A stretch of 64,000 nucleotides of DNA from Gammaproteobacteria bacterium (GTDB taxonomy: Bacteria > Pseudomonadota > Gammaproteobacteria > Ga0077536), in contig CAXXLL010000003.1 of the NCBI GenBank assembly GCA_963662545.2, positions 2,432,001 through 2,496,000 of the forward strand, read 5' to 3'. The notes beneath the pieces were generated by a model. That model did not search any database. It was given only the letters and a program-made list of their open reading frames with translations, and was not told the origin of the DNA. This document shows positions 31,024-42,869 of the stretch, in pieces (position 1 is the first letter of the stretch; each line of letters begins with the position of its first letter). Both the position numbers and the translations under genes were made by a program.

Positions 31024-32238
31024 ATGCCGATACACAAGCTCAACCCGCGCAAAGTTACAACCGTAGGCCCCGGCAAGTATGAGGACGGCGGCGGGCTTCG
31101 CCTGGTGGTTGCCGGTTCGGGAGCGAAGAAATGGGTGCTGCGCTTCACCATCGACGGCAAGCGTCGGGAGATGGGCCTGGGCAGCTTCCCGGATGTAGGA
31201 TTGGCCGAAGCACGGGACCAAGCTGCGGCCTACCGGAAACAGGCCAAGGCCGGGGTTGATCCGATCGAGGCGCGGCAGACCGGGATCGAGACAGCGCCCA
31301 CCTTCACCACCTGCGCGGCCCGCTATATCCAGACCCATCGACGCGCCTGGAAGAACGCCAAACACGCCCGACAGTGGGTGCGCACGCTCAAGACCTACGC
31401 CCGGCCGGTGATGGGCTCGAAGCGGGTGGACATCATCGTTACGGAGGATGTTTTGAAAATCCTCAAACCCATCTGGACCACCAAGACCGAGACCGCCAAG
31501 CGGGTCCAGGGGCGGGTCGAAAACATCCTCGACTATGCGGCCGCGCATAAGTACCGCGATCCCTTGAACCCCGCCCGCTGGCGCGGCCATCTGGACAAAC
31601 TGTTACCGAAGCCGGCACGGGTGAAGCAGGTTACCCACCATCCGGCCATGCCCCACACCGAAGTCCCCGCCTTCATGGCGGAGTTGTCGGACAACAGCAG
31701 TGTTTCCGCGTTGGCGCTGCGGTTTCTGATCTTGACGGCCACCCGCACCAATGAGGTGCTACACGCGCAATGGCAAGAGGTTGACCGCGAGGCCGCTGTC
31801 TGGACCATCCCCGCCGACCGGATGAAGACCCGGCGCGAACACCGGGTGCCGTTGTCAGACGCGGCTATAGCGGTTCTGCAGGCGCTACCCTGCCTCGAAG
31901 GCAATCCCTATCTCTTTCCCGGTGCCCGGCATGGCCACCCTCTGTCGAACATGGCCCTGCTGCTGCTGATGCGCGGCATGGGGTACGGGGCCAGTGACGA
32001 GCGGGGTCACTACGTGCCCCATGGCTTCCGCTCCAGCTTCCGCGACTGGTCCGGTGAGGTCTCCAGCTTCCCGCGCGACGTGGCGGAGATGGCCCTGGCC
32101 CACGTCATCGAGAACAAGGTGGAGGCCGCCTACCGACGCGGGGATCTGTTCGCCAAGCGCCGCAAGATGATGCAGGAATGGGCGGACTACGTAGGCAAGC
32201 CACTAGCCGAAGTCATACCGATCGGCACACACGCCTGA
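31024..32238 (+). CDS. P4-type tyrosine integrase with arm-binding domain
   Basis: DGGGLRL..GLGSFPDVGLAEAR; catalytic TATR, RMK, HGFR, LAH, AAY. Confidence 0.95.
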   Translation: MPIHKLNPRKVTTVGPGKYEDGGGLRLVVAGSGAKKWVLRFTIDGKRREMGLGSFPDVGLAEARDQAAAYRKQAKAGVDPIEARQTGIETAPTFTTCAARYIQTHRRAWKNAKHARQWVRTLKTYARPVMGSKRVDIIVTEDVLKILKPIWTTKTETAKRVQGRVENILDYAAAHKYRDPLNPARWRGHLDKLLPKPARVKQVTHHPAMPHTEVPAFMAELSDNSSVSALALRFLILTATRTNEVLHAQWQEVDREAAVWTIPADRMKTRREHRVPLSDAAIAVLQALPCLEGNPYLFPGARHGHPLSNMALLLLMRGMGYGASDERGHYVPHGFRSSFRDWSGEVSSFPRDVAEMALAHVIENKVEAAYRRGDLFAKRRKMMQEWADYVGKPLAEVIPIGTHA

Positions 32239-32816
32239 AATGGTCAGGGCCCCCCTGGGAGGGACAGACCCTGTTCTATCCCGCAAGCCGCGTTTGCACG
32301 GCCCGCTCCATCCGCTGGTGATACCCGTCAATAACCTGGCGCGCTCGGGACTGTGTTTGTCTCGATATTTATGTGGCGGCCCAGTCATTCGTCACGACTC
32401 ACATGCGCGGCATCGCGGCGGTTCACCGATGGCATTCGGTGACACTTTTCGCAGCTGGTCCTTCCGTAACCGATGAAACCGATGAAACCGACACCGCCCG
32501 CCACGCCCCATCGTAAACCTGGACGAACCGCAACGAACCAATCTCTTGAGTCGGTGACGACACGGTGAAGACCCTGGGAAAGCCGGTCATTGCGCAAACG
32601 TCGAGCGGAGATCTGAACCACATCATCTCGGTGCTGCGGCCAGCCGGGGTCACGGTTGAGCGGCAGAAAAGCGGCCGGCGGTTGATTTTCGGGTATACGG
32701 TTCACTCGAAGGGGGGGCGCTGAAAGGCGTCGCCATGCGCGCGGGGCCGTGGTGGATAGACACTCGATACGGTCCCTGAACGAACAGCATTGGAGGATCA
32801 TTGGCGTTTATATACT

Positions 32817-33113
32817 TCACGACAAGTCGTCAAGTATATAAACGCCGGTACTTTCGTATAGACCGGCTACACGGGCCACCCTGGGCAGGAAACGTTTGAC
32901 CATGCCGCGGGCGGCATCGTTGATGTGCTTCTCAAAGAGCATGAAGTCTCGGAATGAGCGCGGCTCAACTGGCAAGACGATGCGGCCCGCGTTTACCTCC
33001 GCCTCGGGAAGGTCGTCCAATAGGCCGTTTAGTTCCGCCCAGCCTTCGCTTAGCAGTTGCGGAAATGGCAAGACAGAGATTGGATTATCCTCGCCGATAC
33101 CGTGACGTGCCAT
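32817..33113 (-). pseudogene. Fragment of a fumarylacetoacetate-hydrolase-family gene
   Basis: LPVEPRSFRDFMLFEKH; truncated. Confidence 0.5.
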
Positions 33114-34585
33114 AAGCTTGGCTACGGTATCCGACCCGGTCAGCCGATGCCATTGGCCCCCAGTATTGGCCTCGACGAAAAATCTGTCGAACCACGTCGT
33201 AGCTTGAGTCCATGTCGAATACTTCCGAACGTTGAAGGATGCGGTCAGTGGAGTTGATCAAGTCTTCGGCAAGTATTCCTATGTCACGTCTAACGAGCTT
33301 GCCGTCCCGTTTCAGGACTTCGCCATCGACCATGACTGTGTCGATATTCCTGACATTCGCGCACATCACCACCGAATGTACCGCGTGGCGGACCGGAACC
33401 ATGTTGATGTCCAACTTGCGGATCAGCTGAATATCCGCTCGCTTGCCAACGGTCAGGCTGCCCGTGATATCGCCTAGGTCGAGCGCCTCCGCCCCGTTGA
33501 TCGTTGCAGCGTGCAGCACGTCGATCGATTTGTAGTCGAGTTTTTCCGTAAACAGCATGTTGTGCGCCATGTCCTCGTTATGCAGGCCACGCCCGCCAGC
33601 GCCAGACGCATGTGCGTGAACATGTCGGCGCTGTTGTTGGAGACGATATCGATGCCCAAACTGACCTTGCCGCCCGCCGCCTCAAAGCGTTGCGTGACCG
33701 GAAATCCCATGGCCATCTGCAACTCTGTTTCGGGCGTAGCCGCGAGCGAAGCGCCGTTATCGGCAATCAGGCGCAATTCGTGATCCTTGAAACCCCAACC
33801 ATGCACAAAGTGGAAATCGGGCTTCATCGCTCCGGCTTTATACAGCCGCTCCGCAAACTTGGTGTACTGGCTCGCCGCGCCAAGACCCGCATGGATCGAA
33901 ATCTTGTGTGCCCCCAGGTCTCACGCAAAGTCGATTTCGCGAAGTGAGTGGTGCAGCGGGAACCATTCCAGCTCGGTCAAGGCCAAACCGAACCGGACAC
34001 GGCCGTGATTATCGTGAAAGTGTTTCTCGCGAGTTTTGCGGGCATTTCCATTATATGGGCTGGCGGGTTTAACATCCGCTGGATCGAGAATTCAGATACA
34101 TTCTCGTTCTCCGGGTTCGGATAGAGCCCGTAGTAAAATACGCCCCGCGCGCCGGAACCCTTGAACGCGGCGATAGCGCGGTCGGAATGCTCCATCGAAT
34201 TCATGATGTGGCAATGATCGATCAGCGTCGTGCAGCCTGCATTCAACGCTTCGAGATAACCCATCAGAATGCCGATATAGACATCGTCCGGGTCGTAGCA
34301 TGCGCTAAAGACGTTGCGGATTTGCGCCGCGTAATCGACCAGAGTGCCGTCGCCCATGCGGGCGCGCAGCTGGGTTTGCCACATGTGTCGATGTGCATCG
34401 ACAAATCCGGGCATCGCGATGTGGTCCTTCGCCTCAATCACCTCGGCGTTGGGAGCGTCAATGCTGCGCGCAATATCGACGATTTTGCCGTCCTCGATCA
34501 GGATATCCGCGCAAGCCATCTCTCCGACCCGGTCGTCCATCGTCAAGAGATGGCCGCCTCAGATTAAAGTCCGTTGTGTTGCCAT
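33085..34585 (-). pseudogene. Amidohydrolase (deaminase-like) pseudogene
   Basis: MATQRTLI*GGHLLTMD, PGFVDAHRH, VSLGID, GSLTVGKRAD spread across several frames. Confidence 0.8.
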
Positions 34586-34728
34586 AATTTTCTTCCTGAA
34601 GGTATCCTGGCCTCGGAGCCGTTTTTCGCTATCGTTCTCAAGGGTATTGTCAGAGTAAATCGGCTTGAGCCAGGAAATGGCGTCCGCCACTCAACAGGGC
34701 AGGAACTCGCGGTCATGAGCCACGCGCC

Positions 34729-35031
34729 GGTAATGACAAGTTAACTGATTTTATCCGATGCTGGTGGCATGAACTTGTACAAGCGCCCCCGTTTTCCACC
34801 CGACATCATGAGCTATGCAGTGTGGTTGTATCACCGGTTCAATCTGAGCCATAGGGGTATCGAAGAGCTGCTGGTCGAGTGGGGTATCACCGTCAGCTAC
34901 GAGTCAATTCGCCTTTGGGGCATCAAGTTCGGGCCTGAATTTGCCAAGCGGCGGCGTCGCAAGCATTGGGGCTTCGGCGACACAAGTTCATACCACCACC
35001 ATCGGATAAAATCAGGTGACTTGTCATTGCC
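34729..35031 (+). mobile_element. IS6-family derivative made of two inverted left ends
   Basis: Truncated IS6 ORF 34769-35062 (YAVWLYHRFNLS..IEELL..GITVSYESIR); 50-bp IRs with 5 mismatches. Confidence 0.8.
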
Positions 35032-35149
35032 GCTGAGCTATCCAGCCGCGCCAATGGACTGACCTCATACGGTGGGTGGCCATGGTTCGTCAGCTCACCC
35101 CCCCGCTCTCGAAACCTCGTTCGGGTTGTCTACCTACCCGCTTATGCCT

Positions 35150-36711
35150 CTGGCTTTGGGTTCGGTTGGCGCCGGTTTGAATCAACCAGTGCCTCGACGC
35201 CACCTTCATCCACCGCCGCTTTGTAGCGATAGAACGTATCTCGGGACAGGCCCATGACTTTGCACGCCTTGGACACGTTCCCCAGTTCTTCGGCCAGATT
35301 TAGCAATCTGAAGTGGCCCCAGTTTAACGGACACCTAGAAAGGGACTACGCTGTCCCTGAAGGAGATGTCCGATGTCGAGGAAGCCGTACCAACGTTATA
35401 GCAAGGAATTCAAGCTGGAAGCCATTCGGTTTGCAGCGGAGTGTGATAAGCCGGTGACAGCGGTCACTCGGGAACTAGGACTGCGGGTCAACCAGATCTA
35501 CAAATGGAAGCAGCAGCTCGAGACCAAGGGCGATAGCGCGTTTCTCGGTCACGGCCGTGCAGGCGGTCTGGAAGCAGAGAATGCGCGCCTGCGTCGCGAG
35601 CTAGCGGCAGCAGAAGAAGAAGAAGTTACCATTTTAAAAAAAGTGTCGGCGTACTTCGCCAAGGAATCCCTGTGAAGTACGCCTTTATTGAGGGCCATCG
35701 CGATGCGTTCAAGATCTGGCGGATGTGCAAGGTGTTGGCGGTTTCGTCAAGCGGCTACTACGACTGGCGTAAACGGCCGGAGAGTGTGCGCTCGCAGCGT
35801 CATCGCCGCTTGAGTGGTCCGATACGTGCCAGTTTTGAAGCGAGCCACAAAACCTATGGTGCTCGGCGCATTCGTGATGACCTGGTCGATGCGGGGGAAC
35901 GCGTCGGTCGCCATACCGTCGGGCGATTGTTGAAACGGCTGGGCCTGGAGCCGAAGACGGTGCGGCGTTTTCGCGTGACGACAGATTCGCGCAAGACCAT
36001 CGCCGCGCCGAATCTCCTGGCCCAGGACTTTCACGCCCAGCGGCCCGACGAACGTTGGGTCTCGGATGTGACCTTTATCCCGACACGCCAGGGCTGGCTA
36101 TATCTATCGGTGTTCATTGACCTGTTTTCACGTGCGGTCGTCGGCTGGTCGATGGATACGCGGCTTAAACGTGCGCTGGTGGTTGAGGCCCTCACCATGG
36201 CGCTGACGCGGCGTGCCCCGAAAGCCCTGAAGCTGGTCCATTCCGATCAGGGCTCGCAATACACGGCGGCCGAGTATCAATCGCTCGTGACCCAGCAAGG
36301 CGCCCAGTGCAGCATGTCGCGCAAAGGCTGCTGTTGGGATAACGCGGTCGCGGAAAGTTTTTCCACACGCTAAAAACCGAGCTGGTTCATCATGAGGACT
36401 ATCGAACCCGCCAGGCAGCTCGCAGCAGTATCTTTCGATACATCGAGGGTTTCTATAATCGCAACCGGCGCCACTCGTTTATCGGTAGCCAAGACCCGTT
36501 CACGTTTGAACTAAACTATGCAATCAACCCTTAATCAACTGTCCGTTTTACTGGGACCACTTCAATCCGACCTTGTGCTTGATGACTTTCTCGTTAGTAT
36601 TCAACATGAGGGTTACCTCTTTATGGTTTTGATGTTGCTTGGTAACTCCATCAAAACCGGTAACCCTCGCTTTCTTCAAGCGCGGTGTCAGATCAGGTCG
36701 AAACTTCTACA
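35150..36711 (-). mobile_element. IS481-family remnant interrupted by IS3
   Basis: Terminal TGTAGAAGTTTCGACCTGATCTGACA; rejoined ORF from 36607 reads MLNTNEKVIKHKVGLLNLAEELGNVSKACKVMGLSRDTFYRY. Confidence 0.8.
35309..36564 (+). mobile_element. IS3-family element: orfA 35373-35675, orfB from 35672 with a frameshift near 36360
   Basis: TG...CA IRs, ATC target duplication, A7G slippery run, WVSDVT/HSDQGSQY/NAVAESF motifs. Confidence 0.9.
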
Positions 36712-36842
36712 CATAACGCCCTTTATTATCGTAATCGTCGCCGTTTTGGGGGCGGCATCGCGGGCCGAGGAACGAGCCCCGAGCTTGGATTGAGCCGTAC
36801 ATTCTAGGCGACGAGTCACTTTGCGGGGGCCGTAGGGCGGGC

Positions 36843-37167
36843 GGCTTCTCCGTTCATGCCGGCCTGGCCGCCGCGCCGTGGGCACGCAACAAGCTCGAAC
36901 GTCTCACCTGCTACATCACCCGCCCCGCGCTCTCCGAAAAACGACTCTCGCTGACCGCCCACGGCCTCGCGCGCTACGAACTCAAAACCCCCTATCGTGA
37001 CGGCGCCACGTCCGTGTTCTTCGAACCTCTCGATTTCATCGCCCGGCTCGCCGCCCTCATCCCCAAACCGCGCATCAACCTCATTCGCTACCACGGCGCC
37101 AGGTAATCTACTTGAGCCCCCAACAGCACCCATCGCGCCGCCGTCACACCCGCCAGGCAGGGGCGCT
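36843..37167 (+). mobile_element. ISCR/IS91-family transposase fragment
   Basis: GFSVHAG...KLERLTCYITRP...LKTPYRDG...LAALIPKPRINLIRYHG. Confidence 0.85.
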
Positions 37168-37330
37168 TCGAGGTCTATGCCAATCGCGCGGAACCCGAAT
37201 CTGGACACGCCGCCGTACTGGACACGCGAACAGATAGACTCCTTTTTACGACCGGCGCCGCCTGCCCAAACTCGCGGCATCGCCTGCGCACGGGATAATA
37301 TGCGTCATTGATCCGCAGCGGGAGTCGATC

Positions 37331-38621
37331 ATGAAACCACAGCTATTCACCAACGTCGTCGTGTTCGACGGCGAAGGGACGCCACCCGTCCCCGCCGACG
37401 TGCTCGTCGAAGGCAACCGCATTCGCGCCGTGGGCGCGCCGGGCGCGCTCGATCGCCGCGACGCAGAAGTCGTCGACGGTGGCGGTAACACGCTCATGCC
37501 GGGCATGGTCGAGGCCCATGCCCACGTCACCTACACCAACTTCGTGCAGCTCAAGGAGCTCGGCGAGATCCCGGTCGAGGAGCACGTGCTGGCGACGATG
37601 GAGAACGTGAAGCTCATGCTCGATGCGGGCTTCACCAGCGTCTACTCCGCGGCGTCGTCGAAGCTCCGGCTCGAGGCCGTGATCCGCGACGCGATCGACG
37701 CAGGCCGAATTCCAGGCCCGCGCATGCGCGCGGCGTCGCCCGAGATCACCTCGACAGGCGGGCTCGGCGACGTTCGCCAGCTCCACATGCACCACGAGGG
37801 CGTCGAGATCGTCGCCGACGGCGTGGACGAGATGCGCCGCACCGTGCGCACGGTGATCCGCGAAGGCGTCGACACAATCAAGGTCAACATCTCCGGCGAT
37901 AACTTCGTGCGCCGCGGCTTCGGCAGGCGTTGCTCCTATTCGGAGGCGGAAGTGGCCGCGGCCGCCGAGGAGGCGCACGAACGCGGCGCTTGGCTGGCGT
38001 GCCACGCACGCGCCGACGGCGCCGTAAGAATGGCGCTGCGGCACGGATTCCGCGTCATCTATCACTGCGATTTCATCGAGGGAGAGACCTACGACCTCCT
38101 CGAGGCCGCGCGACGACGACGTCTTCCTCGCGCCGGCGCTCGGGATCATCTACACCACCGCCCACGAGGCCGAGCCATGGGGCATCACCAAGGAGGTCGC
38201 GCAGCACATGGAGATGTACGAGATGCTGGAGACCGCGCCGGGGGTGTACGCCGAGCTCAGGCGCCGCGGGGTGCGTGTGCTCCCGGGCGGCGACTACGGC
38301 TTCGCGTGGAATCCGATGGGAACCAACGCACGCGACCTCGAGCATTTCGTCAAGCTGCTCGGGTACTCGCCGGCGCAGGCACTGAGCGCGGCGACCAAGC
38401 TCGGCGGCGCGCTGATGGACATGCCGGACCTCGGCCTGATCAAGGAGGGCTACCTGGCGGACCTGCTGCTCGTCAAGGGAAACCCGGTTGAGGATGTGCG
38501 TATCCTCCAGGACAAGGGCAACCTGATCGTGATCATGAAGGACGGGTGCTATCACAAGCGCCTGGGCGCGGCCGAGGGGCAGCCGGTCCATCAGGAGCCG
38601 CTCACCGCCGTGTGGCAATGA
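37331..38621 (+). pseudogene. Metal-dependent amidohydrolase, frameshifted near 38110
   Basis: PGMVEAHAH, ACHA, YH in one frame; GGDYG, GYLADLLLVKGNP in ORF 38208-38621. Confidence 0.8.
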
Positions 38622-38673
38622 CCATGGCACAGGCGCACCCGCCCGCGCGGCAATCAAAAGGAGAACATCGGTT

Positions 38674-39453
38674 ATGACTTCCGAACAGAACATGGTCTTC
38701 GAGGTCGCGGGGGAAGGCGTGCCCGTGCTGCTGGTGCACGGGCTCGGCGGTACCGCCAACGTGTGGGCCGGGCAGGCGGGGATCCTGGCTCGTCATTTCA
38801 AGGTGGTGCGCCCGGATCTTCCGGGCTCCGGGCGCTCCCCGTTCTCCGGGACACTGTCGACCGGAAGCCTGGTCGCGGCGCTGCACGCGCTCCTCGACTC
38901 GAACGCGCTCGGCGCGGTGCATCTGGTCGGCCACTCCTACGGTAGCATCGTGTGTCAGCATTTCGCTGCGCAGCATCCGCAATCCGTGCGCAGCCTCGCG
39001 CTCATGGGTGCGTTCGCCGCGCCGCCCGATCCCGTGCGCGGGGTCTTGCGGGAGCGTGCCGCCGCGGCCCGCGGCGGCGGCATGGTGCAGATCGCCGATG
39101 CGACCGTGCAGAACGGCACTTCATCGCATGCCCGTGCGGACCGTCCGGAGGCGGCGGGATTCGTGCGCGAGCTCGTGATGCGCCAGGATCCGGAAGGTTA
39201 CGCTGCGACCTGCGAAGCAATCGCCGCGACCGAGGCGGCCGACCTCGCCGGCGTGCGGGTGCCGGCCTTCGTGATGAACGGCGACTAGGACGCCACGTCG
39301 CCGCCGGCCGCCGGTGCCGCCATCGCGCGCGCCATTCCCGGCGCGCGCTTCACCGTGGTCGCGCGCTGCGGCCACTGGACCCCGATCGAGCAGGCCGAGG
39401 AGGTGGCCCGCGGCCTAATCGATTTCCTGTTCGGCGCTGCGGCCGGCGCCTAG
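38674..39453 (+). pseudogene. Alpha/beta hydrolase with an in-frame TAG at 39286-39288
   Basis: VHGLGG, GHSYG, NGD*D, then CGHWTPIE in frame. Confidence 0.8.
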
Positions 39454-39466
39454 CCCGGGCCCCATC

Positions 39467-40351
39467 ATGAACGCGGCGGCGGCCGTGTACCGGGATTTCG
39501 ATCAGGCCGCGCTCGATGCGCAGTACAACAACCGCGCGCGCTTTCCTAACTTCCACGACCACTTCGAGGCGTGGGGACGCTGGAGCGCGGCCACGCGTGC
39601 AACGACGCCAGGGTTCATCGACGTAGCCTTCGGCGCGTCGGCGCCCGAGAAGATCGACGTCTTTCCCGCGGAGACCGACAGCGCGCCGCTGTACGTGTTC
39701 ATCCACGGCGGCTACTGGTACTCGCTCGACAAGGCCGATTACAGCTACGTGAGCGACGGGCTCAGGCCGCACGGCATCGCCACGGTGGTGAACAACTTCG
39801 GGCTCGCCCCGCAGCACGACATGGACGAAATCCTGCGGCAGAACCGCGCCGCACTCGCGTGGCTGTGGCGCCACGCGCGCGACTACGGCGGCGATCCCGA
39901 TCGCATCTACGTCGCCGGGCACTCTGCCGGCGGCCACCTCGCCGCGATGCTGCTGGCGACGGACTGGCCGGCCTTCGGCGAGGGGCTGCCCGCGGACCTC
40001 GTCAAGGGCGCGTGCGCGATCGGAGGGATCTTCGATCTCGATCCGATCCGGCTTTCGTTCCTGAACGAGAAGCTCGCCCTCACACCGGAACAGGTCGCAC
40101 GCCACAGCCCGCTTGGCCAGGCTTACCCGCGAGCAGCGCCGCTTCTGCTGATCGTCGCGGTCGACGAATCGCCCGAGTTCCATCGACAATCCGCCGAGAT
40201 GCATGCGCTCTGGCGTCGCCTCGGCTACCCAGTGGAATCGGTCGTGCCCGCAGGGCTCGATCACTTCGACGTGGTGAACCAGCTTCGCGATCCGCAGTGC
40301 GAGCTGGTGCGCCTGCAACTGCTCCAGATCGCCCTGGCGTTCGGCGCGTAA
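39467..40351 (+). CDS. Arylformamidase-like alpha/beta hydrolase
   Basis: LDAQYN, FIHGGYW, GHSAGGHL, DHF. Confidence 0.85.
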   Translation: MNAAAAVYRDFDQAALDAQYNNRARFPNFHDHFEAWGRWSAATRATTPGFIDVAFGASAPEKIDVFPAETDSAPLYVFIHGGYWYSLDKADYSYVSDGLRPHGIATVVNNFGLAPQHDMDEILRQNRAALAWLWRHARDYGGDPDRIYVAGHSAGGHLAAMLLATDWPAFGEGLPADLVKGACAIGGIFDLDPIRLSFLNEKLALTPEQVARHSPLGQAYPRAAPLLLIVAVDESPEFHRQSAEMHALWRRLGYPVESVVPAGLDHFDVVNQLRDPQCELVRLQLLQIALAFGA

Positions 40352-40500
40352 CGCGAGCACCGCGGAAGAACGTACACCGCTGCAGAATGCAAGAAGCATA
40401 AAGGCCCCTTTCTCCGAGTGCCCTTGCCCCGTGATATCATTCCTACCGTAGTTGGGTGGAAAGAGCGGTAGACGTTTCTATCGAAATCAGGAGAAAAGCC

Positions 40501-41256
40501 ATGGCGACCGTTGACATTGTTGATCGTGGGGACATGACCGAGAAGTTGATGGGGATGCTGGAGTTAGACCCGAAACAAACCGCGATCGTTACGATAGACA
40601 TGCACCGAGGGCACCTGGACCCCGAAGTTGCAACCATGCCCGCCTCGGCCGAAGACGCCGAAAAGGTCATAAAGAATGCCGAAGAAGTGTTGGACTTTGC
40701 GCGTGGCTACGGTATCCCGATCATTCACGTGAAGCTGGTATTCCGGAAAATACCCGGTCTGGGAAGCGAGGGGATGCCGGTGAAGTTCTGGAAGGCACTT
40801 CACGATATCGTAGACGAAAGCAATCGGCTGAGCCCCGGGCGCAAGAGCACGGTGGATGACCACAACATTATGGGATCGGTTCAGACCGAGCTCATCCCCA
40901 GCCTGGTCGAGGAAGGCGATTACGTCATCGACAACAAGAAGCGTCTCGACTGCTTCATGGGAACGGACCTGGAAGGTCTCCTGGATTCGCTGGGCGCAGA
41001 GAACGTGTGCCTGATGGGGATCAATACCAACACCTGTGTGATGAATACGGCTTTCACGGCTTTCAATAAGGACTACCGGGTAGTGGTGATGTCTGACTGC
41101 GTCGCCAGCATGTATGGTGAGGATCTCCACGTGCTCGGACTGCAGAATATCTGCCGATGCCTCGGCTGGGTCGTGAATAACGAAGAGTTCAAGGCGAAGG
41201 TGGCGGAGTCTCGTGGCGCGGACGAGCCCCAGGCAGCCGTTTCCGGGGTAGTCTGA
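40501..41256 (+). CDS. Isochorismatase-family cysteine hydrolase
   Basis: TAIVTIDM, KKR, GINTNTCV, SDCVAS. Confidence 0.85.
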   Translation: MATVDIVDRGDMTEKLMGMLELDPKQTAIVTIDMHRGHLDPEVATMPASAEDAEKVIKNAEEVLDFARGYGIPIIHVKLVFRKIPGLGSEGMPVKFWKALHDIVDESNRLSPGRKSTVDDHNIMGSVQTELIPSLVEEGDYVIDNKKRLDCFMGTDLEGLLDSLGAENVCLMGINTNTCVMNTAFTAFNKDYRVVVMSDCVASMYGEDLHVLGLQNICRCLGWVVNNEEFKAKVAESRGADEPQAAVSGVV

Positions 41257-41453
41257 GCCGGAGCGCCGTCCGAAAGGCCGGCCGATTTCGACAAGCGTAT
41301 TGTTGCGGGGACTTAGACCTACTTATTGGTCCCTGGGCGGCTCTTTTCGTGGTGCCGGAGTCCGCCGGCGTGGGTTGGCGTTGCATGCAGCCAACGCACA
41401 GATCAAAAAGATCTACTGGCTTGCTCGAAGGAACGCATTGAACGATATTGCTT

Positions 41454-42642
41454 TCACGATGTAGCTCCTTGCGCCCCGCGCGCTTCTGCATGTGGAAACA
41501 CGAATCGTATTTCGACGCCCTTCGATTCCACCGCCTTACCGCCTTCGAAACGCGGCCTGAAGCGCGTCCCCCGCAACTGCACGCGAGCCTCCTGCGCCAG
41601 GCGCGTCTTCCCTGCTGGATTCACTTCCAGTATGGTCACGTTGCGCGCGCGCCCCTGACGGTCGATGTCGAAGCGCGTGCGTACGTAGTTGACATGACCA
41701 CCGTTTGGCGTCGATGCGCGGCCGGGATTCGTGACGTTTACGAAGCCCGGTAAACGCCTCGGTTTGTCGAACAAGGTGATGTCGGCTTCTTGGGCGAGCC
41801 TCTGCGCCCTCTTGTAGTGTACGGCGGCCGCGCTACGTCGGCCGAACAAAAGATGCCAGTCGCCGATGTGTTGCTCCGCCCGGGCCTGTGCCGCTTTGTT
41901 GTTCTGTTCCCTGCCGATCTCGACTGCTCGATCGAGCGCACCTCGCCCGGCAATGTAATTGACGATGATGCGGTTGTGGATCCGCTCACCGATCCAGGTC
42001 GACAAGTGATGCACGGTTCGAAACGAAATCGCTGCCTGTAGATTCAGGATTTCTATGTAATCAAGCGCGGATTCTTTACTCGTCGCGTCCATCGAAGCGA
42101 GCGTTTCTTCTACCATTTCCTTGGCGGTCGAGAGATGGCTGAGGGGCGCCAGGCCGGTCGGAAGCTCCGTTGCCTCCAGGTGCCAGCTGCTTGGCGGTCG
42201 CCGTTCGTGCCGTGCTTCCAGTGTCGCGGCCCCGTTCGTTGACTATCTGTAGCAGCGTATGATTTTGTGCGACTGCGGGCCAGGCGCCGAGCGCGCGATT
42301 GCTCTCGATGAGGCGCTCGCTCAGTGGGATCTGGTCCGCGTGATGCAGCCCCTTGTGTAAGCGTTCGATGTATAGCGCGTTCTCGAAGCTGTCTACTGCG
42401 GCGCGATGATCGCGGGCTCGTTGCCGCGCGAACCCGAGCGCGACCCATTCTTCCGCCAGCTCGAATGCCGACGACCCCTTGGACAGGGTCAACTCATCGA
42501 TGCGGTCCTCGTATTCTTCGAGAGCGTGCTTCAGCGCTGCGGGCGGCGCCGTGTCCTGTGCAGCGTTGGGATTCGCGGCCACCGAGATCGACGGCAAGCA
42601 TGACATCAAGGTCGCCAGAATCAACGTCGCACTTGCTCGCAT
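41454..42642 (-). pseudogene. Exported TPR-like protein with a C-terminal TonB domain, frameshifted near 42185
   Basis: Signal peptide; GLHHADQIP; GDWHLLF; FDIDRQGRARNV...RFRPRFEGGK. Confidence 0.7.
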
Positions 42643-42869
42643 GGGGCGATTTCCGCTGCCTTGAATCAACGGATCCTCCTTGAAAATTCGACCTGAGTAA
42701 TTTTAGTTTGTTCCGGCGTGCGGAACACAAGCGGTCGGGCTTTGCGGGGTCGGTGCGAGAGCTGTCATGCCGAGCACCTCGTGGCGTTCAGTTGCAAACG
42801 GCGCGGTTATTGCGCCAGCTATCGTTGTGCAGGTTAGGCGAATTTGCGCGGACGTACGTCGAGCCTAGA

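Noticed and set aside
32240-32816. Excisionase/AlpA gene after the integrase
   Set aside because: No recognisable HTH ORF; the region looks degenerate
34559-34561. Selenocysteine recoding of the in-frame TGA, given the selC-like sequence
   Set aside because: The position is normally Arg/Lys (LIxGG), the gene has further frameshifts, and other internal stops in the window are TAA/TAG
36518-36793. 91-aa membrane protein ORF
   Set aside because: Spans the IS3 right end and the IS481 left end; chimeric
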